Assembly: GCA_051362555.1 (NCBI GenBank)
Contig: CM120644.1
Coordinates: 8,750,954 to 8,814,953 of the forward strand
DNA length: 64,000 nucleotides
DNA from: Lingula anatina
Lineage: Eukaryota; Animalia; Brachiopoda
Direction: 5' to 3'
A program made the position numbers and the translations under genes. Positions 15,101-29,300 of the stretch are shown piece after piece (the stretch's first letter is position 1; each line of letters opens with the position of its first letter). The notes below the pieces were generated by a model that was not told the DNA's origin, did no database searches, and was given only the letters and a program-made list of their open reading frames with translations.

Positions 15101-18097
15101 TTTCTATTAAACATGCAGATGATCATAAAATTTAATGAAACAATTAAGAAATAATCTGTCTAAAATCTCCAAACATTCAACCTTTATAAAACATGCTACC
15201 TCCACTTCTTTCCCTGATAATGGTTCCCAATACCTTTTTTTCACATATAAGAGATAAATCATTTTGATTAAGAAGACATAACAATGTCACTAAGACTGGG
15301 TTTCCATAACAGGATCAATCTATCCGCGAGGGGTTTCTCGCTAAATTGCTTTCAGCTAAAGTGGCTAAGATGTCTGGCAAGCCCACTGAAGCTGCTAAAT
15401 AAAATTACCCCCTACATAAGTTGATTGCAATTTAGCGAGAATCCCCTCAGAGATAGATCTATCCACAGTTAGTTCGATAAGATTTGGGAATGGTCCTTAA
15501 ACTCACCACCAGGATTGTCTTTGAGATGGACTTTGTCCCAATGAACAACTAATATGGTTTCTGGAAAATTTCAAAACACCAAGTTTAAATTAATAACAAG
15601 TGCATCTCATTTTTTACTTTGATGCTGACTTCAGTCAGTTATAAAGTGATTATCTACAACTGGCTATATGTGCTATAAAACAAGAAATGCTCTAAACAAA
15701 AGACAGCAATAAGCTGGTGCTTCACTATTATGTCACCATTGCTTTCCTAAGACAGTCAGATGAGTTAATTAATTATTGCAACAGTCCTTTACATTATGCC
15801 ATTATGGCATATTGGTTGTTAATCTGTTAATCTGAGAGTCCCCACAAGTTGTAGTGATCTACCTGGAACAACAGTTTCATTGGGAATGACCCCTGGAAAA
15901 AAAAATTCCTTATTTCCATCTTTATGAGACTCTTTATGAAAATCAACAGTCATTACCCCGAGGTTCAGAGGTCACAGAAGAGTCACACACATATCATGTT
16001 AATGTAAATGTAAGAGTTCTGTAACATCTGAAAGTCGGGGTACTTACCATTAGAAAAGTAATAAATATTTGAATTTTCATTCCCAATCCTTGTGTCAAAG
16101 TTTGCCATAAGGGGTGCCACATACTGCGTTGCTGTAAGTCTTTGATGCAGAAAGTCACTCATGTAGATGAAACCTTTAAAAAAAGTGATGCATCTTTTAA
16201 AACAGTTGTACAAATGACTAAAAAATAAATGCTCAAGTGTCAGTCTTGTGTTATAATTGTAAAAAGTTAAACTGCTTCTAAATAGACAAAAAACTGATTT
16301 TTTTTAATATATTGTTTATTATGAGGCATCATTCTAACATGGAAGAGTCAGTCATATGTCCAAGGTCCCTTGGCAAAGGTTGGCAAGAAATGTCATATAT
16401 TATAGGTGGAAAAAAAAAAAAAAACATTAAAGGACAACTCAGTGGGTTAGATTAATGTATAGAAGCAGGTTCTATGTAAAACTTTGATCAGATTTGTGTT
16501 TTGGGAGACTGTTTATTATTATATGAATAAGTCTGGGTCACAAAAGTCCTGTTAAGACAACTAGAATAAAGAATTAGAAAACGAAAACTATTTATCATTA
16601 TTTCGGAGCACAGCCAGAAGTACTTCCGGCTCAAGGTCACGACCTCGATTTTCCCACGCTTACGACCAATCACAGCAGGCTTCAGTCAGCATGAGATAGA
16701 CGTCACGACTACACAGCGAAACTTGTCAGACATGTAAGTGCCGCCTGTCCATCTTTTCGGTACATGTACCGATCAAAAACAGAAAACGTAAAGCCCAAAA
16801 CGCTCTTATACACGTAACCAACTTTGTATGAGCACAAATATTGTCATTTATTGTGAACAGGATAATATGATAATCAGACACACTTGAGACCTGTGAAGCG
16901 CATACTCACGTGTCGAGGAGTAGTTTGGCCATTGCCTCGTATGTGAGTCCTAACTCAGCTTTAAGTGTCCTCCACCGCCCCACCTCCCTCCCAACATACA
17001 CAGTCTGAGTGCTTCTTCGTCTGTCTCTAATTTTCTTTCGTATCTTTCGAACTGGAGTGGCTATTTTCTTTCGCCCCCTTTTGTCGCTCTCCTGTTCAGA
17101 CTTGACGCGCGTCTGAGCCATGTTTGCTGTTTTGGCGCCAAATAGTAACATCCGGGTCTCAGCCGTAGTACTTCATTCATAGTAAACCGCGAGACTTAGC
17201 GAGAAATTGCGCGTTCTGAAGCCGTACTGTGAGGTGGTAGCTGAGTATTTAAGACGAGTCGTCTTTTATTATTTAATGGAACTTAAAAACGGTATTAGGT
17301 AGCTTCATTTTCTGAACGGTTTTGGATAGGATATACTTTGGTCATTATGGGGAAATTGGTGAGTTTTCCAGGAAAATTCATTTTCGTGCTATTTTAAGGG
17401 TTTAACGCACTGAGACTGTCTTTAAGTATCTTTGGAGATGATTCTAATTAATTTTTTATCAATATTATATATTTGATTTTTAATTGGGGAAAGTCTACTT
17501 GAGTTGTCTTGCTCAGACACAGGCAGTGCTCAAAATGGGCACTGCTTGACAATGTTAATGCTAAAGACGTACAGACAAGCCATTAACACACCTGGCACTA
17601 CTTATTACTGCAATTCTGTCACCTACCTCCTGTTGCTATGGTAACCTGGCTGATAGTGTGACCATAAAAGATGAATTTTGATGTCAGGTGTATTCTCTGA
17701 AAAAAAGGGGGAAAAATAAACAATGATGTAAAATTAGTATTGGTACTCATATATATACAAATAAAAGTCACAAATGCAAGTGTTTGAGAAAAAATTATAA
17801 AGGAAAACATAACAAAGCTAGAAAAGCACTTTGAGAGTGCAGACCTCTGCCAAGGCAGCAATTGTTGATTATTATTGATAATTGATTGATTATTGTTCCA
17901 GACCACCACCAAAAATTAATCATTGTCCTCTTTGGCCCACTTCCGACAGTTCTTGAAAATTTCTGCAAAATCAGTCCATAACTTTTTGTGTTATGTGGAT
18001 GACAGACAAACGGGGGTGAAAATATGACCTCCTTGGCAGAGCTTGAGGTAAATATAATTCCAATGAAGATGCTATTCAAACTTTTAATCTTCCAGTT

Positions 18098-18169
<72 letters not shown>

Positions 18170-20806
18170 TAAAACTTATTTGCAATATTAAACAAAATTT
18201 ACCTGCATAATTATCACTGCTTCCTTATTATTAATCTAGCAGAGAGCTTTACCTTTGGGAGTTTACAGGGAAATATCAACAAGTGTGCTTTATGTAATCT
18301 CATTTAATGGCCTATTAAGGCAAATGACTTTATAACTCTGAAATTAATCTAGTGATACCCAAGGGTAATTTACAGACTGACCCACTCAAAGGTCTTTAGG
18401 CCCATAAGTCACACTTTAAGAAAAGCACAAAACCATAATGCCCAAAATAGGAGACTACCAATCCTGATGCAATAATACATTATGTTTAACTGCACAGTCA
18501 ACATCAACTTATGCACAACAGGTAACACAGACGAAATTAAAAGCATAAGGCTTCAGGCCCATCGGAGTTCAAGTTTATACTAAGAAAGTGCCAGAATGAG
18601 AAAAATGAAAATTTCACAAAAAATGCATAAATTCAATAAAAATGATAATCCAATAGAGCTGGTTTTCTCATATGAGCTGAAGGCCAATCCTAAAAATCGT
18701 ACTTGTAAGTTAAAAATGATAATAAGTAGCACAGTTTTCTTTTCATAATGTTTGCAGTAGCAGTGCAAAAAGATTGTTGTCAATTTTGATGTAACTTTAC
18801 ATAATAAATTAGAGAATAATTATCACCAATTTTTGTTTATTGACTATAAATAGGATGGACATGTAGAAAATATGATTACCATTCGGCTTCATGTTCATGG
18901 GAGCTCTGAGTCCCACAATGAATATGCCAAAAAGATAATGAATATTACACTAAAATGTATAACTTACAGAAAAAGAAGCCAATAAGACTGCTTTTCCAAC
19001 TCAGGCTGCATTTTAGTCCTGTGTTTCTTTTTTGAAAGTTTGACAGTCATAAGTAACACAGTTTTCCCATAATGGTCATCAAGGCTGCAGCACCCAAAAT
19101 TGTGTTTTCTTCTATTTTGATGCAATATTACATAATGCTTAACAGCATAATGACCATCAATTTTTAATAATAGAATATTAGTAACATGGACATTCAGAAA
19201 ATGTGACAAGCAAAGGTCTTCAGGATCATGGAACTTCAAAGTCACACCTTGAAAATGCCAATAAGTGAAAAATTAAATTTTCACAAAAAACTGTTTAACT
19301 GCCAGAAAAAATTACCAAACAGACTGCATTGCCAACTGAAGCTGTATTTTAGACCCATGTTTCTTTCCTGTAAGTTTGAGAACGGTAATTGACATGATTT
19401 TTGTTAAATGGTCATTATGAGAGCAGTGCCCAAAATAGGGGTTTCTTCAAATTTTGATGCAATATTACATAATGTTTAACAGCATAATGACCATCAATTT
19501 TTAATAATGGAATATTAGTCACATGAACATTCAGAAAACGTGGCTAGCAAAGGTCTGCAGGCTCATGGAACTTCAAAGTCACACCTTGAAAATGCCAATA
19601 TGTGAAAAATTAAATTTTCACAAAAAACTGTTTAACTGCCAGAAAAAAATTACCAAACAGACTGCATTGCCTACTGAAACTGTATTTTAGCCCTATGTTT
19701 CTTTCCTGTAAGTTTGAAGACAGTAAGTGACATGGTTTTTCTTAAATGGTCATCATGGGAGCAGTGCCCAAAATAGGGGTTCCTTCAAGTTTTGATGCAA
19801 TATTACATAATATTTAACAGCATAATGACCATCAATTTTTAATCATAAAATATTAGTATCATGAATATTCAGAAAATGTGATTAGCAAAGGTCTGCAGGC
19901 TCATGAAACTTCAAAGTCACAATTTAAAAATGCCAAAATGTAAACAAGACAGCACTGTTCTGAAATGGGTTTATTTCCATTTTTAACATATTTTAACATA
20001 AAACAAAATAAACAGTTTGTTGCCATTTTTATATGACCAACTAAGAAAATTGATGAGATGGGAAAAATATCAATAGAACAGTGTTTAATGTCCAATTTCC
20101 TCCATTCTGAGATTCTGAACATAGTGGATGATTGAATCTGACAAACTGCAATGATGAGTTTATTTCCATTTTTGACACTTTATTACACAATACACGATAA
20201 CAAGTTTACCATCATTTTTACACAATCAATTAACAATGTTGTAAAGATGCAGGAAATATCAAACAAACACTTTTACGTATCTTATTAGTTAAGTAATGAG
20301 ACTGTTAACATGCCTAATAATTGAATCTGAGGAAATGTGAAAAAACAGCATAACTTCTAAAATAAAGGCCCGATCATGCTGATTTTCGAACTTGACCTGC
20401 GTATTATGAATATTCATCAGTTCTGTTAGTTTCAAGCCAAAAGGTAAAATGTTATTTCACTTATCGTGTTATCAGTGTTGCATATGTGCTGAAAAAAGTG
20501 AAAAAACAGCATAACTTCCCTAAAAATGGCCCGATCATGCTGATTTTCGAACTTGACCTGCGTATTATGAATATTCATCAGTTCTGTTAGTTTCAAGCCA
20601 AAAGGTAAAATGGTTTTCCACTTATCGTGTTATCGGTGCTGCATATATGCTGAAAAAAGTGAAAAAACAGCATAACTTCCCTAAAAATGGCCCGATCATG
20701 CTGATTTTCGAACTTGACCTGCGTATTAGGAATATTCACCAGTTCTGTAAGTTTCAAGCCAAAAGCAAAAACGGTGTTCCACTTATCGTGTTATCGGGAA
20801 AAGTGC

Positions 20807-20847
<41 letters not shown>

Positions 20848-23273
20848 AGACGCAGATGATGGCTATATGTACAGACACATCTGTGTCTGTACATAAAAAG
20901 TGAATGCTATCATCAACAATGTAATTTACAATATTAAATGCCTTTTGCAATGTTTCATGTGGCATCAGAACAATTTAAGGACTAATACTATTCAGGCACA
21001 ATATTTTGTGTACTCGGTATAAAAGCCATTATTTATGGCACTGGATTGTGATACATTATATATAACTGCATGTGAAACGTTTTCTGATCATCTAGGAAAC
21101 GGCCTAGCAGCTCATTATATGTGTTATTGAGGCTATTATCCAACACAGCAGTAAGCTAACAAAGGTGATAATAATTGCTTGTGAAGGTAGTGACAGTATC
21201 CTGTTATAATGCCTGTATCAAGGTACTGAATTAGGTAATATAGTATCATAGCATCAAGCATAAGCCAATAGTTCAAGTTTCAGTCTAAAGGGCACAAGAC
21301 ACTCAAGAAAGGATAATCTTGTTTTTCTTGGAATCCCCCGACAATGTTCTAGTTCTCACTCAGACCATTTTTGCTTAACTCAGTTTCAAAAAGGGTAATG
21401 TCTTAAAAATGGTTAAAATCTCTCTCTCAGTCTGGCTCTCTCTCTTTACAAAGACTGGTCCATTATCTCAGTGGTACATTACCCCACTAGGTACTAAGAG
21501 CTGATTCGTGTTGAAAAACGTAATGTAATATATATATAATGCCTTCAGGGTTAGACAGTATCATTTTCTGAAATGTTACTAATGATGGTCCCTAGAATTG
21601 CACATAACTGCATAAAACAAACTGTAAAAAGTGTGCTGGAACCCCAATAGGGGAATTGTGTTTTCCTTATGTAAATTCATATAGTCAAATGACAAAAAGA
21701 CATTATACAGCTTGCCTAGCAATTTATCTACTAGCAGGAAGGTATCTCTACACAAAAGAAGGGACTTCGCCTTAGTATAATTACAATTCTTTCCCATTAC
21801 ATTCTTACATATCTATTATATGGCATACAGAAATCACACCAAATGATGCTAAGATAATTTATTAAAACAAAGACCGTTTGTGCTTTTAGCTTGCATTCTT
21901 TAAGCATAAGTAAATTACAAATCACCCCAGAGGAGACAATGACGCACTCCAAGATCAATTTTCAGAAGCGAGCAATTCAGACTGAGCAAATTCTAATCTT
22001 TACCAATCTTGGGAATAAAAAGTGACAGTTTCAGTAATAGTCTGCAAAAAGCCTGTCGAATCACATAATCTGATCTTTCTGTTGTGGCATTTTCAAAAAA
22101 CTGGGAAGCTCTTCATACATGTGTCCATATGCGTGGATGAAAGAAGTACCAGTCTTATCAACTTAATAGGTCTTTAATTGGAAATTGTGCCATCAGGATA
22201 TATGTGTAATAGTATATACATAACACCTCCCTGAAGATACTGTATAAACCCATAGGTGTGAAAAAGTGACTGTTCTTTTTCATTTTTCTCTATAAAATTT
22301 AATGTTATGATGTTTGGTTTGACTTACAAGAATATTAGAGTCAAAAGTGATATTGTTGCATGTCAGAATTGTTAAATGTGACACTGTGTTACTAATGATA
22401 TGAAATTGTGCATGTGTGTGTCAGATGTGATATTTTGTTACATCTGTTGTGATAGTGTGTGTGTGTGTGTGTATGTGTGTGTGTGTCAGATGTGATATAG
22501 TGTGAAAAGTGCCACGGTATGTGACATGCAATTGTGTTAGATGTGACAGTGTGTCAAGTGTGAAGTGGTTGTGCATTGTGGTTGGTGTGCCATTGTGCTA
22601 GGTGTGACACGGTTTTAACTGTCACATTCCATTAGAAGTGACATTGTGTTACTAATGATGTGACATTGTGTTGGATGTGACAATGTGTTGGATGTGACAT
22701 TGTGTTGGATATGACAATGTGTTGGATGTGACATTGTGTTGGATATGACAATGTGTTGGATGTGACATTGTGTTGGATGTGGCAATGTGTTGGATGTGAC
22801 ATTGTGTTGGATGTGGCAATGTGTTCAGTGTACCACTGTATAAAAAGTTTGATGGTGCTCTGGCTATGAAGGTTTAAACTATGAGTCTGTGAAACTTTAT
22901 TGCAGCTACAAAATTAAGAAATAACGCATCTTAGTCACAAAAAAAGTGACCCCTACTAATGTACAAAAAAGCCTAAGAGTGTAAGTTGTGGTAGGGTGGC
23001 ACTCTCTCTCAGAATTTTACTTCTGTTTGGTCCAAGCAAAATCAATTCAGTTTATTGACTATGTATATTATTTAGCACAGTGCTGCATAAAGATGACTTC
23101 TTATGTAAAAGCAAAACTTTCAAATTGTCAATTTCTCAAGACAGTACAAAACAAAAATACAAAAAAATGGACAGAAATGATGAAAAGTTTGTAGAAATAC
23201 ATGAGTATTTCAAAAGCAGTAATTGACACAATTCTCACAATGGCATATAGCTGTGTTAATCACTGAGATCATT

Positions 23274-23304
<31 letters not shown>

Positions 23305-26300
23305 ACACTTTACTTACAGCAGCTGTTTGATGTGCATCTGACAGTGTCTCATGGTGGACTCTTTGGTCTGTCATGGACTCCAAGTCCACCCAGTACTTGT
23401 TGAACTCTTGGTCATCATCACTAAACTTGGAATAGTAGTATGTGTGGTCATCCTGAAAAGATATTGTTATATATAATACTAAGATAAATTTAAGGCTCTG
23501 TTCTCACAACTTTTAGATCGATCTATCACCGCGGGGAGTCTCACTAGATTACTGTCAGATAATCCGCCTTAAGTGTCCGTCCCCGCCTACTACAAGCTTT
23601 AAGGGGTAATTAACTTTCGTGTCCGCCCTGCTGACAGCTATTTAGCGTGAACCCCCAGGGAGTTAGGTCGATCCAATGTAGGTCGATCTAATCTATGAGA
23701 ATGGGGTGTAAATCTTTATAAATCATAGCCATAGTGTACACCTTGTATTCTTATCAGTATTTCGTCAGGCAAGTCACCGCATGGGATTATGCAGTCCACC
23801 TATTCCAAGTAAGACTTGAATTAAATCCACTACCTAATACAGTAATAGTATGTGTATACCCAAACAGGGAGCTCTCAAACACACCCCATTTTACACAAAT
23901 GTACAGTATAATATGCAAGATTCACAAACACTTTTTTAAAAAGGCTTTAACTAGATATATATACACAGCATTGTGTTTTTATAGCTAAATCATTTATTAA
24001 TCCTGTTAAGCTCAAGTTTGAGTTTGGCCAGTCAGAGACTAAGCTAGTGGGTAAACATTCCATCAATGCAAGCTTCCCATTTATATATATAATCGCTGTG
24101 TGTAAAGTATACAGTACTTTGGGTTGTTTGGACACACGTACCAGCTGTCTCAAACTGGGACATACATATCTCTATATAGGAGACAGGCACTTTATAACAG
24201 ACTGGTATCCATATTATATCTTATAACAGGCAGACAGCACAACAGCCATTTTGCAAGTCAAACTAATGAAGAGAAATCAGCATCTCGCTAAGGGTTCAGT
24301 AAGGACATTATATTCCGCAGAGATGCAGTCAAGAAGACAACTACCTCAAGATGATCTATTTATACCTACCAATTTACAAATTACACACAGCTTTCGATTA
24401 AGCATGTGTCCTCATTGTAATCTAATTGTCTACTGATCAGCCATCAGCCTTTTAGTGTTGGTAAGGGGATCTTCAATTGTTGGCAAAAAGTCTTCATGCA
24501 ATTACATTTTGTTAAAAGTCAAAACTTAAAACATGAAGTGGCAATTAAACTGGCTAGACTAAGACATCACTGCACATGTCAAATGGTTAACATTTTAGTC
24601 ATCTAAAATAAAATTTAAATCAAAATGCATAATTCAGGCAATACCACAGGTTAACCAAAAATATGAAACAAAATTATTGGTGGAATCCATGAAGCCAAAT
24701 CATCCTTCCCCATAGGACAAAACAGCTAGGATTCACCATCTGGCACACAAAAATCAAAACACCCCAAACTTTCTTGGTAATTCACTGCAGGATGGATAAC
24801 TTTTCATGTTTACATCTTGATGTTTATTTACAACAAATGGTTAACAAGAAATGATTAATGAGAGTCTTAGGTGCATACCTGGCTGACTGCAATTTAGCGT
24901 GAACCCCCAGGGAGTTAGGTCGATCTAAATCTAAATCTCTGGATCGATCTAAATCTCTGGGAATGCACCCTTAAACATGACATGTCAACATGAATCAGTT
25001 ATCAGTTAATGTTAGTAACATATTGCTATAGAAAAACTGTACAATCATGTAAAAGACTTACAACAACCCCTATAGTAGTGTTCTTATCCAAAGGTGGCGA
25101 TGTTGGAAGTGGCAATGTTGTTGTAGATGGTGCCGACGTTGGAGTCACTGATGGCGACGTTGGAGTCACTGATGGCGATGTTGGAGTCACCGGTGACGAT
25201 GTTGGTCTGGACGGACTATTTGTCTGTAGTGTGGTTGTCACTCTCTGTGTGGTACTTGTTGGGTTCAGATTTTGTCTCTTTACTCTTAAGTGTGATCGTA
25301 CCCCCTCCACCATGACATCTCTGTCTTTTAAGGCATCACTTTTAACGTAGGAATAATGAGATATAGCTGGAAAATAATACAGAAACACATAAGGCAGGGA
25401 AAATATACAGACATACATATGAGTATATTTTTAAGTCTATTACTGCCACATCACACTCACTGTGACGAACATTTCTTTACCCTAAAACACCTCTTTTTTT
25501 TTCCATAAAAGCTAAATAAAGCTAAATAACAAGCCCTTTCACATTCCTCTCACTGTGCTAAAAAACCTTAAATAACCCTTTTTTTTCTGTTCCTAAACTA
25601 ATACATATAATATTATATGGTACCCTACTCTTAATGATGGTGTCAGCTGAGCTGTTAATCTATCAAAATATCAGAAACATATCCAGATATAGATACCTAT
25701 GGGAATAAATGAAGCAAATTAATGAAGTCTCCAAAGACTCAGGATGATTTTCCCCTGGGGGCTCTTAACCCCAGATATATACCACTTTAACCTCTCCCCC
25801 TGTAATCTAACCCCAAAGTTCCTCCAACAATGCTTCATTTAATCAACAAAGCACTGATATGAACAGAAGTCGATATGATCTTGTATTTTTCACCCCATCC
25901 ATTCTCAGCGACAAGCACAAAGAGACAAGAAATCAATTTTGATTTGGGCTGCAGGACTCGTGAGTATGCCTTCTTACAGTGGGGTAAAAATCAATCATTT
26001 CTTTATGACAACCTTGTGAAGACTCTCTTAACCGGACTTTCCTTGGAATTTATTGAAAATCAACTGAGATTAAATGGCATTTTTTGCTCATTTCCTAGAA
26101 TAACATCTTATATGTTTTCATAACAGAACTTGATACAACAACAACCACTGCACAGTATTTGAATAACAGACTGGAAACCAAAAGATCATGGGATGTCAAT
26201 CAATATTTGGCTTCGTATTTCTTCAGTATTTTTTTCACTTTGCCAAAAAGTGTTTGCATTCCATAAAAGCATTTTAATTGAAGAGAGTCAAGCTATAAGC

Positions 26301-29300
26301 AAGCACATTACCTGACTGTGGCCCTTTTCACACTTACCTTTCTGTATAATACAAGTTTGAGAGACTGACAGACACCTAAATTACCTGACCATAACATAAG
26401 ACAGTGGCCGAAACTTAGCCCTCTGCTGAACCCTGAAGTTAGAGGCACTCTCCAGGGAATTACCCTCCAAAACAAACTTTCCTTGAGAAAATGGAAATTC
26501 TTTCCTACTCGAGATTCATTGCTTAACTAGGATTCGATGCCTTATTCCATTTTTAATTTAATAATTTAGTTCTTAATGACTGGCCAGCAGATCAACATCT
26601 ACCGTCCTGGCCTTCATGGGGATGGCCTTGCTTTCACAAAATAAAATGGCATGGTGTAATATATTGCCGCCTTGTGCCATGTAGATCACAGATATCGTAA
26701 CCTGTTATGGCTGCGTAGAATAATGAGAGGATAATTATGTAACTAGGTACGCTTCAGATAAACTTTTATTAAAAAGGGTTTTAATCATCTTTAATGTCTG
26801 AATTGGGATTTTCTGAAATGAAAATGGGAAATTTCAAACATTTGGAGATTACCTTTAACTTGATAAATTTTGATTGGTACACTGGGACTTATGAAAGGAA
26901 GAAAAAAATCCAAGTACTAGTAACACAGACTACGAGTAATTATGTTAAGACCAAACTGGCGCAATAAGGCAATTTTTCCAACAAAATATAAGGTATCACC
27001 CAATATCACTGTACTAATCAGGATATCTTGTAAAAGTAGGTATTCGCTACTATCTATCAATTTAAGATCACTTAATTTCAAAGCAGCTGACACAGTTACT
27101 ACACACAACAGTCTTGTAGTGATACCAGCCAGATTTCTGTTAAAAACAGTCTTTTGACTTTAATGGAGTAACAGGACTTTAAAAATGGCCTTTTCATATA
27201 ACTTCCATTAAGTAATTGTCATTTCCTCACATGCCTTTTCAGTCAGATAAATATAATGAAACTATTCAATAACATTCCCTAGTTTGTCAAAGATCACGAA
27301 ACTATTCAAGGATATTGCAATAGACACTTTTCATTCATACGTATCACCATGGCAACAATGTGAGGGTAATGAAACTAATTTTCTGGCATTCATTTTAAAA
27401 TTTATATTTACGAAAGATCCTTTTCAAGTCACTTCCATTCAAAATTGTACAGTGAAGCTTTATGCACAAAATGTCACTAAATAGCAGTTTTGGCCAATTA
27501 CAAATTTTTACAAAAATATTCGATTTTACAATAAAAACAAATGTCAGTAAACAGGATCAGTGGAAGATCCAGGTAATCACCAATCAACACAGGTGGTTTA
27601 TTGGACACCTACTTCTTATAATACAAGACACATTTTAAAAGGAAAAAAATATATATATACAAACATTTCAAAAATAATAAAAGGAAGGTAAGTGTGTGTG
27701 TGAGTGTGAGATGGGGAAGGATTCATAAATTTTTCCATAATGTAACACGTTGCTGAGAGCACAGAAAGAGAAGCCAAACTAGAGGATCAGAGAGGCGATA
27801 CCGCCTCCGGATATTGTACCACCAGCTGGAGTAAGCGCATTCGTATGGACCCCCCCCCTCCAAAAAGGGACACCATCACCAGTCTTGTGCTTGACAAGCT
27901 CTATAAAATGCAATCAACAGGAGTTCTCAAAATATACAAAAAAATATAATTAAAAATGGTCAGTATATGACTTTCTATTCAACTTCAATAGTAACTATGG
28001 ACCTATCTCTGCCAGTTTTGGAGATATAAGGGACTAAATGTTATAATTTTGCAGTTACCATAATGTGCCATAAATTTCCTACAGAAAAAATTAATTAAAA
28101 TAAAGAAAAGGTCATTTTGGTCAAAATTCTTGAAATGGGAGGTGCTCTGAAGTTCCAGATGTTCTAATTTGATGAAATAATGTCATTTTTGACCACAAGT
28201 TGCCTGCTTTGCCAAGCCTTATGTTTTATTTTTCTGGAGTTCAAAATTAATTATCCATTACCGTACTGCACATTTTGCTTTCACCACCAATATGTACTTT
28301 TTGATACAGCGTAAATTTGGAGATAAAAAGGAAGCAAAATTTACAAAGTTCAGTTCATGGTGAAAAGTAGGTCAAAGGTCAATTTCAAGGTCACATTTAG
28401 ATTGCCAGTATATGACTTCCTATTCAACTTCAATAGTAACTATGGACCTATCTCTGCCAGTTTTGGAGATAAAAGGGAAGCAAAATTTGCAAAGTTCAAT
28501 TCATGGTGAAAAGTAGGTCAAAGGTCAATTTCAAGGTCACATTCAGATTGCCAGTATGACTTCCTATTCAATACAACAGTAACTATGGACCTATCTCTGC
28601 CAGTTTTGGAGATAAAAGGGAACCAAAATTTGCAAAGTTTAGTTCATGGTGAAAAGTAGGTCAAAGGTCAATTTTAAGGTCACATTTAGATTGCCAGTAT
28701 ATGACTTCCTATTCAACTTCAATAGTAACTATGGACCTATCTCTGCCAGTTTTGGAGATAAAAGGGAAGCAAAATTTGCAAAGTTCAATTCATGGTGAAA
28801 AGTAGGTTAAAGGTCAATTTGAAGGTCACAGTAAGATTGCCAGTATATGACTTCCTATTCAATACAATAGTAACTATGGACCTATCTCTGCCAGTTTTGG
28901 AGATAAAAGGGAAGCAAAATTTGCAAAGTTCAATTCATGGTGAAAAGTAAGTCAAAGGTCAATTTGAAGGTCACAGTAAGATTGCCAGTATATGACTTCC
29001 TATTCAACTTCAATAGAAACTATGGACCTATCTCTGCCAGTTTTGGAGATAAAAGGGAAGCAAAATTTGCAAAGTTCAGTTCATGATGAAAAGTAGGTCA
29101 AAGGTCAATTTCAAGGTCACATTTAGATTGTCAGTATATGACTTCATATTCAAGTTCAATAGAAACTATGGACCTATCTCTGCCAGTTTTGGAGATAAAA
29201 GGGAAGCAAAATTTGCAAAGTTCAATTCATGGTGGAAAGTAGGTCAAAGGTCAATTTCAAGGTCACATTTAGATTGCCAGTATATGACTTCCTATTCAAC

